Shown here in pieces: positions 1 through 9,160 of a DNA stretch of 64,000 bases (position 1 is its first letter; every line of letters starts with the position of its first letter). Position numbers and translations under genes: made by a program. This stretch comes from Oceanispirochaeta sp. (GTDB lineage Bacteria; Spirochaetota; Spirochaetia; DSM-2461): NCBI GenBank assembly GCA_963666275.2, contig CAXXOA010000001.1:1184001-1248000 (forward strand), read 5' to 3'. Below the pieces are notes generated by a model. The model had not been told where the DNA came from, did not search any database, and was given only the letters and a program-made list of their open reading frames with translations.

Positions 1-240
1 CTCAAAATCGGGGTTATCAATATAGGCATTCACTTTTATACTGGTATCAAAGGACCGGTCTATGATAATTTCCGATCCTTTCAGTGAAAGGCTTGCCAGG
101 CGGCCGGTTCCCGTCTTCTGCTTATAGGCTTCCCAGGGATGCATCAGAAAAACAAAGGTGATTCCCGGATCAAAGGTTTCAATATCACCGCAATAGCAGG
201 TTTGGAGGGGACGGAAGCACTTCAGGCATTTTTCAGACAT
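1..240 (-). CDS. DTW-domain tRNA-uridine aminocarboxypropyltransferase (TapT-like), 3'-partial (runs off window)
   Basis: Not in ORF track. Hand translation from ATG at 240: MSEKCLKCFRPLQTCYCGDIETFDPGITFVFLMHPWEAYKQKTGTGRLASLSL..., matching the CxxCxRP..CxC and HPxE...TGRL motifs of DTW proteins. Confidence 0.8.
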   Translation of the reverse strand, partial: MSEKCLKCFRPLQTCYCGDIETFDPGITFVFLMHPWEAYKQKTGTGRLASLSLKGSEIIIDRSFDTSIKVNAYIDNPDFE

Positions 241-327
241 GAAGCTAGGGTATTGAAACCGCCGGGAATTGGCAAGGCTTCTGAAGGCTTTCTCCGGCAG
301 AAGTCTACTTATGCGGGATATGAAAAA

Positions 328-690
328 TCAGATAAGCCTCATCATTGTGGAGAGAATGGATTTCCAGAACCCCCCTGGGGGATTGTCTCTGATTGAATCA
401 AACTCTTTTTCGGTATACACCAGAATATCCATTTCAGGGCCAAGATCGTAGAGATCATCGTACAGTCTGTTTCTGAGGGGAAAGGGCTTATCGGTATCAC
501 AGACAAGAATAAGGTCTATATCGCTGAATTTTCCAAAGGAACCTCCTGCAAAACTGCCGAAAAGCCATGCTTCTTTCACTCTGCCCGAGAGTTTCTTCCT
601 GAGTTCTTCCATAAAAGATTCTCTGGTATAACCACAAAGGGGATCATTCTCGAATTTGACAAGAATGCTGTCATCAGCCCTGTAAAGCAT
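328..690 (-). CDS. Minimal nucleotidyltransferase (MNT), antitoxin-like
   Basis: LFGSFAGGSFGKFSDIDL = GS-X10-DXD motif; ~120 aa from ATG 690, overlapping the end of the upstream HEPN gene. Confidence 0.85.
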   Translation of the reverse strand: MLYRADDSILVKFENDPLCGYTRESFMEELRKKLSGRVKEAWLFGSFAGGSFGKFSDIDLILVCDTDKPFPLRNRLYDDLYDLGPEMDILVYTEKEFDSIRDNPPGGFWKSILSTMMRLI

Positions 691-889
691 TGATCTTAGT
701 TCCCACGAGATGAATAAATCTTTCGGCAAATCCCAGGGCTTCTTCCGCCTGATCCTGGGCAAACCGGCCGGCCTTCAATGTATCCTGAGCCCATAAAAGA
801 TCATTTTCCGCCTGGCTGAACCAGTCTTTTGCTCTGTGCATATTTTCATGGTACTTCTTTTTATTTTCCTTTTCAATCTTTTGATCCAT
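674..889 (-). pseudogene. HEPN-domain protein with in-frame internal deletion
   Basis: HEPN N-terminal helix (DWFSQAENDLLWAQDTLKAGRF) is joined directly to the C-terminal helix (DQAEEALGFAERFIHLV); the QQxxEKxLKA / HDL / RY core is missing; adjacent to MNT. Confidence 0.7.
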
Positions 890-890
890 A

Positions 891-1565
891 TTACAGCAGC
901 CCTTCTTCCAGAAAGCTGAAATACCCGCAATAGGAGAAGACAATGTGATCCAGAAGGCCTATGCCCAGGATTTCTCCGGCTTCCTGCAGGCGGATTGTTA
1001 TTTCCCTGTCTTCCCGGCTGGGTTCAAGGTTGCCCGAGGGATGGTTGTGAGCCACCACCAGAGAGGCGCATCTGAGCTGAATCGCATCGGCAAAAATCTC
1101 TCTGGGATGAATTATGGTTCTGTTTACAAGCCCCATGGAAACAGTCTTCACATCCAGAACCTCATGGGCTCCGTTCAGGGGGATACTGAAAAAGAACTCC
1201 TGCTGTCTGTCCGCATAGTGGGAGAGAAGGGGATAGATATCAAAGGGAGAGGATATTTTCTTGTTCCGGGGGCTGTAGCGCCTCCGGGATATCTCCATGG
1301 CTGCAGTAAGAAGAGTGGCTTTTGCCGGACCGATCCCGTCAATTGAGAGAAAATCGGAGGCTTCCAGGATATTCGGAGATTTATCGATCATTTTCAATGT
1401 TCTGGAGGCAATTTTTTCCACAGGATGACTTTTGGATCCGCTTCCGATCAGAATAGCCATCAGCTCAATATCCGTCAGGTTTTCGGCTCCTCTGGTCAGT
1501 ATCTTCTCACGGGGACGTTCTGTCACAGCCATGTCGGCTATTTTTTTTATCTGGTATGTTTTCAT
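891..1565 (-). CDS. radC: RadC/JAB-domain protein
   Basis: ERPREK N-terminus, HhH GIGPAKA, HPRE and JAB motif HNHPSG...PSRED, LLDHIV. Confidence 0.95.
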   Translation of the reverse strand: MKTYQIKKIADMAVTERPREKILTRGAENLTDIELMAILIGSGSKSHPVEKIASRTLKMIDKSPNILEASDFLSIDGIGPAKATLLTAAMEISRRRYSPRNKKISSPFDIYPLLSHYADRQQEFFFSIPLNGAHEVLDVKTVSMGLVNRTIIHPREIFADAIQLRCASLVVAHNHPSGNLEPSREDREITIRLQEAGEILGIGLLDHIVFSYCGYFSFLEEGLL

Positions 1566-1824
1566 ATCTCACATAACAGAAAAAGGGACAGTATAAATTC
1601 AATTTTGCTCCTGTTTTTTCACAAAAGAATCTACCGTAGTGTTGAGCCTCCCTTTCAAATTTAAATCAAGGAATATTGTTTTTATTTTGTAATAGTATGG
1701 AAAGGTCTATTTCTCTTCCATTTAATATGAACCCAAAAAACATCACTTGAATAATCCTCCGGGAGTCGCTGTCGTATAGTCTTTCCCGGAAAATTATTAC
1801 GAATGTGCTTTTAAACTGTTTAAA

Positions 1825-2214
1825 CTACTCCGCCATATGAAGATGAACCGAAGCACATTTAAAAGCCCTGGGTAAGGCAAGAAATTTCGGGTTCTTTCCA
1901 ACATATTTTTCCGCATCTTTCAGAGCTTCTTCAAAAGTCGCCCGGGTTTTCAGTCCCATAGATCGGCCGAAAACTGGTTCATAGGCTCCGACGCAGTAGG
2001 CGGCAGCCGAGTGTTTTAAAGCCAGATGACCGCAGCTTATCATGGAAAAAGCATGATAAGGATGGTAAGCATAATTGAAACGATAAAGATCGGTGTATTC
2101 TTTCTTCATGGCAAAGCATTCACCGTGTTCTGCCATATCAGGAAGATCGTTGTGATAATCTTTCTGATACAGCTCCCAGGTTTCCCGGTAAATAGTACGA
2201 ATCTGATTTTTCAA
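1825..2214 (-). pseudogene. C-terminal fragment of a lactate-racemase (LarA/DUF2088)-domain protein
   Basis: YRFNYAYHPYHAFSMISCGH...GLKTRATFEEAL...LALPRAF resembles, from memory, the C-terminus of long LarA-like proteins; only ~120 aa, preceded by AT-rich non-coding DNA. Confidence 0.6.
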
Positions 2215-2492
2215 GAAATTTATTCATATAAGATAGAACTAAGAGTTTTACAACACTGATTCAAAAGTGAATAAAGTTGGGAGTATTTAGAAATATATAA
2301 ACAGAAAACCACTTCACAAGAAAATGGACTTTTCTCTTTTTTATTTCTTGATAGAAAAGTTTATTATCTATTCAGTTATGTTGGAGATTTTAAATTGATC
2401 AGAGGTATTTATTTCTAGCTTGTAATAATCCGCCCAATTTAACTCCTATAAGCATAAGGAAGCTGTCGGGGAGATCTTTTATGAATTTAATA

Positions 2493-3128
2493 TCAAACCA
2501 GGCTGCGGGCTTTTTCCAAATTAGCCTTATGCACGGGAATGGGCATCAGTTCATTGGCCCGCTCGAAGTAGGTCACCGCCTTCTCAGGATCATTTCTTTC
2601 TTTTAGAGCGATTACACCGAGATTGTTGAGGATCTGGAAGCTGCTGGGGTCTTCTTTCATCCCCAGTTCCAGTAGCTCCTGCGCTTTATTCGTAGAACCC
2701 TCTTTCAATATAACTAGAGCTTCATCCAGCCGGTCGGCGGCATTGAAGGCGGTTTCCGCATCTATATCATTTTCCAGTATGCCGATTCGAGTTCTGAGCC
2801 ATTCTTCTTCATGGTTCAGATACTCTTCCAGCTGTTTGTAGTAAAACAGGGCCTTCTCCCGCTTTTTCCAGCGATAGTAGAGGTCTCCCATAGTTCGTAG
2901 GCGGTCTCCTGTCTTTCCGTTGCGGTCTAACTCATCCATAAGAAAGGATTCCGCCAGGGCATAGTCTTTCTTGGCGAAATAGCACAGGCTAATATTGTAC
3001 ATCAGTCCAGGGTAACAGGGATTGTTCCGAAGGATCTTTTCATAATGCTTCAATGCTTTTGTGTAATCCGTACTGATATAAGCATTAAGAGCGAATCGGT
3101 TTAGAAAGAAAAGTCGGATTTTGTTCAT
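2493..3128 (-). CDS. Tetratricopeptide repeat protein
   Basis: Repeated TPR patterns (YNISLCYF..DY..A; LNNLGVI...KAVTYFERA). Confidence 0.8.
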   Translation of the reverse strand: MNKIRLFFLNRFALNAYISTDYTKALKHYEKILRNNPCYPGLMYNISLCYFAKKDYALAESFLMDELDRNGKTGDRLRTMGDLYYRWKKREKALFYYKQLEEYLNHEEEWLRTRIGILENDIDAETAFNAADRLDEALVILKEGSTNKAQELLELGMKEDPSSFQILNNLGVIALKERNDPEKAVTYFERANELMPIPVHKANLEKARSLV

Positions 3129-3165
3129 TGATCTTCTCCGTTAATTTTTTGCAGGGTAATCAGCC

Positions 3166-3209
3166 GCAGAAGCGGGCTTTCGGCATGATGCCGGCAAGTC
3201 TGTTTCTGC
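3166..3209 (-). terminator. Stem-loop downstream of gntP
   Basis: Inverted repeat gcagaagcgggctt-tcggcat/atgccgg-caagtctgtttctgc between gntP and the TPR gene. Confidence 0.45.
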
Positions 3210-3237
3210 AGCAGTAAAAAATCCTGTCAGCCTGGGC

Positions 3238-4581
3238 CTAGATGGCAAACAGAGCGATGATCTGTATGATGATTATCGATACGATACCCTGTACCAGAGT
3301 CACACCGGTCTGGCACTTGTAGGCGGTCTTCGTATCCATGTCGGAAAACTGGGAGACCACCCAGAAGTAACTGTCGTTAGCATGGGAAACAGTCATGGAA
3401 CCGGCTCCGATGGCTAGAACGGTCAGAACCTTTGCCATTTCGGAGGTCATTCCCATCTGTGCCATCAGGGGGGCAACCATGGCGGAAGTGATGATCATGG
3501 CAACGGTAGAGGCTCCCATAGCTGTCTTCAGCAGCATGGCTATGATAAAAGGAATCAGAAGTCCCAGGTTAAACTGAAGCAGTGAGCTGCTCAGAGCATC
3601 CGCCAGGGGGAGTTCTCTCAGCATCTGTCCCAGTGCTCCGCCGGCACCTGTAATCGCCAGAATGGAGGCGGAATGTTTGATTCCTTCGGATATCCAGTTG
3701 AAGGTCTCTTCTTTTTCAGTCTTAGGGATCAGGGTGGTCGCCAGTCCGATACCCATGATCAAGGCTGTAACGGGATTTCCTATAAAGTCGAAGAAGTTTT
3801 TGAAGAATCCGCCGCCGAAGGGAGCGGAGGGGAAGTCTGCAATTGACTTGAAGGCGATTAGGATAATGGGCAGAACGATGGGCGCGAAACTCTGTACTAC
3901 ACCTGGTAGCTTCCCATACTTGGACAGCAGATCTTCCAGGCTTGCCTCGGGATTCGCATCGATCTGATAGCGGGCGGCTACTTTGACGGCATAAAACCAG
4001 CCGGCCAGCATAACTGGGATCGAGACAATCAGTCCGGTAATAATGACGAGTCCCAGATCAGCGTTCAGGGTCCCTGCCATGATAATAGGGCCGGGAGTAG
4101 GGGGGACAAGACAGTGGGTTGCATAGAGACCGGAACTCAGAGCGGTTGCCATAACAGCCAGTGAAAGTCCGGACTTTTCTGCAAGAGCTCTATTGATGGG
4201 CGATAGGATCACGAAACCGGAGTCACAGAATACGGGTATACTGGCCACATAACCTGTCAGACTCATGGTCAGAGGTGCCCTTTTCTTACCTACCAGATTC
4301 AAAATGGAGTTAGCCATAGTCAGAGCCGCTCCTGTTTTTTCCAGTATGGTTCCGATAATGGTACCAGCAATGATAACGATACCGATATTCCCCAGGATTC
4401 CTCCAAATCCATTTTTGATCACATCAATGATCTTATCTACGGGCAGTCCCGTTGCCAGTCCCACGAAATAGGTTGCCAGCAGCAGAACGATAAAGGGGTG
4501 CCACTTCAGCCTTGAGATGAGCAGAATCATCCCGATAATGGCGATAAGAATTATTCCGAATAGAAACAATCCGCTTGTCAT
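3238..4581 (-). CDS. GntP-family sugar-acid/H+ permease
   Basis: 447 aa hydrophobic; IPVFCDSGF, HCLVPPTPGP and SHANDSYFWVV signatures. Confidence 0.93.
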   Translation of the reverse strand: MTSGLFLFGIILIAIIGMILLISRLKWHPFIVLLLATYFVGLATGLPVDKIIDVIKNGFGGILGNIGIVIIAGTIIGTILEKTGAALTMANSILNLVGKKRAPLTMSLTGYVASIPVFCDSGFVILSPINRALAEKSGLSLAVMATALSSGLYATHCLVPPTPGPIIMAGTLNADLGLVIITGLIVSIPVMLAGWFYAVKVAARYQIDANPEASLEDLLSKYGKLPGVVQSFAPIVLPIILIAFKSIADFPSAPFGGGFFKNFFDFIGNPVTALIMGIGLATTLIPKTEKEETFNWISEGIKHSASILAITGAGGALGQMLRELPLADALSSSLLQFNLGLLIPFIIAMLLKTAMGASTVAMIITSAMVAPLMAQMGMTSEMAKVLTVLAIGAGSMTVSHANDSYFWVVSQFSDMDTKTAYKCQTGVTLVQGIVSIIIIQIIALFAI

Positions 4582-4618
4582 ATATTCCTCCTTGAGAGAA
4601 TCTTAAATATTCAAAAAG

Positions 4619-5458
4619 TCAGCTGAGGATCAGCGAACTTCCTGTTCTGTTGTGAAAGAACCTGGAATTGGTTTTATTCAAGGTTTCCATGACCTCCATA
4701 CCTGTACAGTGGGAGACGCCGATAATTTCGCATTTGAGGTCGAAGAGATATTTTGTAGCGGATTCAAGCTGTTTTTCTCCTGCTTCAACAAGATGGGTGC
4801 CTCCCAGAACGGCATAGATCTCTTGCGAGAAATGACTGCGGACCGTGTCGATCATATTCATGATACCCGGATGGGAACAGCCTGCTAAAAGGATTAGTCC
4901 CTTGGGGCTTTTCACGATTACCATAATCTCGTCAGTGAACAGATCGGGTTCAAAACCCTTGTCTGTCATAACTTTAAAACGTTCATTTATTATTTCTTCA
5001 CTGTGGGATTTTTCAAAATTGCCTAAAATCCAGACTCCCTCTCCGATGGAGATGAGGCCTTTTTCATGTTCATGTACATTGCAGCCGTGGTCTTCAAGAT
5101 CCTTCCGGGTGAAATCGTTCCCCAGGAACTCGGATCTGTTGTTGACAAGGCCGTATTTGGGCAGGAAAAAGTCTTTATGAATATGGATATCAGGATGGAA
5201 ATCCTTTCCCCCTTCAGCAAGCAGAGATTGTATTCCGCCGCTGTGATCATAGTGACCATGGCTGATGATAATGTTTTTTACTTTAAAGAGATCCAGCGAC
5301 AGTTTCCGGGCGTTCCGGATAATTGCATCTCCCTGTCCTGTGTCGAAGAGATAGGATTCTTCCCCTTTCTCAATAAGGAAAGAGAGGCCGTGCTCATGGA
5401 TCAGGCCCAGATGTTCCCCGATGCTGTTTTCCACGAGGGTAGTGATTCTGATAAACAA
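4619..5458 (-). CDS. MBL-fold metallo-hydrolase (COG1237-like)
   Basis: EHGLS, FDTG, SHGHYDHSGG (HxHxDH), GCSHPG, GGTHL, HCTG. Confidence 0.9.
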   Translation of the reverse strand: MFIRITTLVENSIGEHLGLIHEHGLSFLIEKGEESYLFDTGQGDAIIRNARKLSLDLFKVKNIIISHGHYDHSGGIQSLLAEGGKDFHPDIHIHKDFFLPKYGLVNNRSEFLGNDFTRKDLEDHGCNVHEHEKGLISIGEGVWILGNFEKSHSEEIINERFKVMTDKGFEPDLFTDEIMVIVKSPKGLILLAGCSHPGIMNMIDTVRSHFSQEIYAVLGGTHLVEAGEKQLESATKYLFDLKCEIIGVSHCTGMEVMETLNKTNSRFFHNRTGSSLILS

Positions 5459-5488
5459 AATTTACTCCTATAAGATCTTTTTTATTTT

Positions 5489-6181
5489 TCAAGCTTTGCT
5501 TCGCATATATTCCTTAATCTCTTTCAGTGCGTTCTCCAGATGGATGAGCATAGCTTTTTCTGCTCCTGCGGGATCCCGTTCTTTAATGGCTTGATACACA
5601 TCTCTATGTTCATTAACGGTCTTTTCCGCCCTCTCGGGAATGCTAAGACTGGAAATCCAGCCTTCATTCAGGTTTTCAGACATGGTCTTCATAAGAGCAT
5701 AAAGACTTCGGTTGTTGGTGGATTTGGCCATAAGAAGGTGGAACTTCCTATCCGCCTTTATCTCACCTTCCAGATTTTTTGCCTGAACCTGTTCATCGAA
5801 CAGGTTCAGTTGCTCTTCCATATCCCGGATGTCTTTTTCCACCGCATTCCGTGCGGCAGAGGCCGCTGCCTTAGGGTCCAGGATCATCCTCAGTTCAAAA
5901 TGTTCATCCAGTTGGGAACTATTGCTCCTCAACCAAGAGGCGAAGTTGTCCATTCCTTGTTCCAGCTTGTTCTGTATAAAAATCCCTTTGCCCTGACGGA
6001 CGCTGACCCGTCCGGAAATCTCCAGGATACGAACCGCTTCACGGATTGACGCCCTGCTTACATCTAGTTTCTTTGAGAGTTCGTTTTCCGAATAGAATTT
6101 GTCTCCGTTGCCAAATCCCTCCTCTCTGATCATCCGGTCTAGCTCTTCGACCACCTGTTCCGAAAGTCTTGATCTTCTCAT
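5489..6181 (-). CDS. FadR/GntR-family transcriptional regulator
   Basis: wHTH SENEL..LDVSRASIREA...QGKG plus FCD domain (DRKFH, EH). Confidence 0.93.
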   Translation of the reverse strand: MRRSRLSEQVVEELDRMIREEGFGNGDKFYSENELSKKLDVSRASIREAVRILEISGRVSVRQGKGIFIQNKLEQGMDNFASWLRSNSSQLDEHFELRMILDPKAAASAARNAVEKDIRDMEEQLNLFDEQVQAKNLEGEIKADRKFHLLMAKSTNNRSLYALMKTMSENLNEGWISSLSIPERAEKTVNEHRDVYQAIKERDPAGAEKAMLIHLENALKEIKEYMRSKA

Positions 6182-6204
6182 AAATTACTCCAGCATTCTT
6201 ATAG

Positions 6205-6257
6205 GATGTCTACTTATCAGACAAGTGATTGTAGCAGTTATCCTAAAGAGCTGTCAA
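6205..6257 (-). promoter_or_regulatory. Promoter P1 plus FadR-type operator for gntR operon
   Basis: Minus strand TTGACA(6257-6252)-18-TACAAT(6233-6228), followed by imperfect palindrome ACTTGTCTGATAAGT. Confidence 0.7.
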
Positions 6258-6387
6258 ACTCAGTCCACCTTGAAAAAACTACCGCTTCATTGATGGATTC
6301 CGCCAAGTTTCTCATTCTCTATGACTAAGACCTTGATGTAGTTTTCGTTTTAGCCTTCCTTGAATTAAATTGCAGATATACATAGTA

Positions 6388-6440
6388 GATGACTACTTAT
6401 CAGACAAGTTGAGGTTAACATGGCTTATAGGGGTTGTCAA
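6388..6440 (-). promoter_or_regulatory. Promoter P2 plus second copy of the same operator
   Basis: Minus strand TTGACA(6440-6435)-17-TAACCT; GATG(T/A)CTACTTATCAGACAAGT repeated at 6205-6226 and 6388-6409. Confidence 0.65.
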
Positions 6441-6454
6441 TAAAAAAATAATGA

Positions 6455-6637
6455 ATGAATTGCAGAGATCCGCCTTTCGGACTGAATGTATTCATCATGC
6501 AGAAAATCTCGGGAGTTCCTTTCTATGAAATTATTAGGGAGCTGGTACCTTTTATGATTGTACTACTCATAACGCTGCTGCTGATGGTATTCTTTCCCAA
6601 TCTGATTATGGCCATTTCCAATGCTGTTTATGGATGA
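6455..6637 (+). pseudogene. C-terminal remnant of TRAP transporter large permease (DctM)
   Basis: PPFGLNVF....SGVPFYEIIRELVPF...FFPNL is the conserved DctM C-terminus; the rest of the gene is absent. Confidence 0.8.
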
Positions 6638-6866
6638 CAAGAAGAAATAAGCACATCTCATTGTATTTGAAAAGTAAAGCCAGGAAACCTATAAAGTTAT
6701 CCGGGATTTAATTTTATTTCCTCATTACATCCGTTCTATAAGTTCTGAAGTAATTTTTCTAACAAACGTCCTTCCTGTTAACAGCTCATAATAAAAAGCA
6801 AAAATAAAACCTTAATTTGAAACCCGATTCTTCTCTAACCTATAATAAAGGCAAATAAGGTGACCA

Positions 6867-7997
6867 ATGATTGAAGTAGACTTGATTACAATAATTTTCA
6901 TATACAATACATCCCTTTTCAGTGGTGCAATTGCATTTCTGTATCTTCTTATTCATTCTCTTGAAACTACGGGACTGAAACAACTGGCTATAGCCTATGC
7001 CTTACTGGGGGTTGGTTCTATTATTGCCGGTTTAGGAGAATTTTCAATTTTTCCTTTATTCCTGTGGGCTAATCTCAGTTTCCTTATGGGAATAGTTGCC
7101 TATTCTCTGTTTTTTGCAGGATTTGTTTCTCTGAATCGGGATAGAAACAAAATGGTTTTCAGAGTAATGGGTATCCTGCTGGTCTCTGAGATTATCGTAG
7201 CTCTTTTTACAGATCTCTGGCATGTTGACAGGATAAGGGCGACTTCCTTTCATCTGGTAGCAGCAGTCTCCCTTTTTTATTCCGGGATAAACGTATTAAG
7301 AAAAAAGAGATTTGAAAAGCTGAATGCCCGCTGGCTTCTTTCGATCAGCTTGATGATTGGAGGACTGGCCTTCTTTTTTACCATGCTGGCTCTTATTTTC
7401 CAGGAGGTATACTTCGCTATTGTTGCTCTGAATTTTTCATTTCAGATATTTATAAATTTTCTCGTTACGATCTTTACTTATGCACTTGTTAAAGAACGAG
7501 TGGAAAAACAGTTACAAGCCATTTCTCTGATTGATCCTTTAACCAAAGTTGGAAATAGAAGATGGCTTGAAGCAAACAAACCGGTTCAAATGAGACAGAA
7601 GGACTCAATCCTAATGATTGATTTGGATCATTTTAAGGATGTTAATGACAGTTATGGCCATCAGATGGGAGATATGGCACTCTTTAGAGTTGCTGAAAAG
7701 ATTGAATCTATTCTTAGAAAAAACAGTCTTTTTGCCCGTTATGGAGGAGAGGAATTTATTGCTTTTATACCCAATGTTTCTAAAAACATAGTTCTTAATA
7801 TCGGAGAAAGGATCAGAAAGGAAGTTGAACAAATGGAATTTTCCCATTCTCCTCAGGACTTTAAGCTAACAGTCAGTATCGGAATCTGCTGGAATAATGG
7901 TTCATTCAAGTCTTTTGAAGAAATGACTAAAATCTCAGATGAAGCCCTCTACGCTGCTAAAAATACCGGGCGAAACAAGGTTGTGCAGAAAGGGTGA
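6867..7997 (+). CDS. Membrane-bound diguanylate cyclase (GGDEF)
   Basis: ~7 TM N-terminus; DPLT, DLDHFKDVNDSYGH, RYGGEEF; no RxxD I-site (RKNS). Confidence 0.92.
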   Translation: MIEVDLITIIFIYNTSLFSGAIAFLYLLIHSLETTGLKQLAIAYALLGVGSIIAGLGEFSIFPLFLWANLSFLMGIVAYSLFFAGFVSLNRDRNKMVFRVMGILLVSEIIVALFTDLWHVDRIRATSFHLVAAVSLFYSGINVLRKKRFEKLNARWLLSISLMIGGLAFFFTMLALIFQEVYFAIVALNFSFQIFINFLVTIFTYALVKERVEKQLQAISLIDPLTKVGNRRWLEANKPVQMRQKDSILMIDLDHFKDVNDSYGHQMGDMALFRVAEKIESILRKNSLFARYGGEEFIAFIPNVSKNIVLNIGERIRKEVEQMEFSHSPQDFKLTVSIGICWNNGSFKSFEEMTKISDEALYAAKNTGRNKVVQKG

Positions 7998-8417
7998 CCC
8001 CGGCTCTTTAATATGTACCATGTGCAAAATTGGTTTTCAGCCTATTTAAGCAATAGAGGCTGAGAGAAAAAAGAGATTCACCGAAGAACAGATTGTAAAA
8101 AAGCCTGAATGAGAGGGTTGCCGAACTTTCATTTGATAACATGGCTCAGAAGGAACTCATAAAAAAATTTGCGAACCGGAGTAAAGAAACAGGGTGTACA
8201 TCATCTGATTCAGAACTTCGGGATATCAGTCAGGAGAGCATTTATACTAGCTTCAGAAGAACACATTCCTGTTGATTTGCCGCAGAACCGAAAAGGGTAA
8301 GGGCGATGGATTTCATAAATTATATAACAAGCTTCAATTGGAAGTTAAAAATACTGACAGTCAAAAATCCTGTAACGAAACTGTGGGGTGTGGTTATCCA
8401 GGATATTCGGAGCGTCA
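7995..8417 (+). mobile_element. Degenerate, internally deleted IS3-family remnant
   Basis: Fragments RKKRFTEEQIV (OrfA start), VAELSFDNMAQKELIKK (OrfA end, A-rich junction) and KQGVHHLIQNFGISVRRA (OrfB start); weak TGAC...GTCA terminal repeats; ends uncertain. Confidence 0.65.
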
Positions 8418-8449
8418 CTAATCATTATTAATGTTCTGGAGGCTATTCT

Positions 8450-8815
8450 ATGAAAATTACGCTGAGCATTGAGGGAGAAACCCTCACCGCCGAAATGGTC
8501 TCCTGTGAAACCACCGACCAGTTCCCGGCCATGATGCCTGTTACCATCCGAATGCATGATTTCTGCAAAAGGATTAAATATTCCTATTTTGACGGGCCCC
8601 TCTCGCTTAACCGAGTGAAACAGATCGGTTACGAAATGGGTGATATCGCCTACTGGCCCGAAGGAAATGAGCTGCTCCTCTATTACCGCCATGATGGAAA
8701 ACCCATGAGGAGCGACATCATTGTCCTGGGCAGAATACTTTCCCGTTCCGAGCTCCTGGGAGAGTGCAGGGGGAGTGTGGATATCACGTTCACACCACAG
8801 GTTCCCGTGAAATAG
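8450..8815 (+). CDS. Cyclophilin-like fold protein
   Basis: GDIAYWPEGNELLLYY...IIVLGRI pattern; GGAGG SD. Confidence 0.75.
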   Translation: MKITLSIEGETLTAEMVSCETTDQFPAMMPVTIRMHDFCKRIKYSYFDGPLSLNRVKQIGYEMGDIAYWPEGNELLLYYRHDGKPMRSDIIVLGRILSRSELLGECRGSVDITFTPQVPVK

Positions 8816-9160
8816 TCGGAAACTCGTTCTCCAGTTCCGATTGTCATCTTTTTTCAGGTAAAATTACCTCCCGGAAAACGCAATAATGTATAAATATACA
8901 GAATATATAGAATTAGATCCGATTCAGAAAGCAACCTTCCTGTAATTTTCCCTTATTAAAAGTCACTGATTTGTATTTTATTGTTGCATCATGTTCTTTT
9001 TTCGCATTACAATTAGGAATTGATTTTTTTCTTAATTGAATCTAATTGACTATGAACCAAAGGGTTCCTGGATCTGTCCTTCTATAGAGAAACATATATG
9101 GTACAGAAATTGCATTTAATTAGGAAACAAATATCTAACTTATATAAATAAGGGGAAAGT

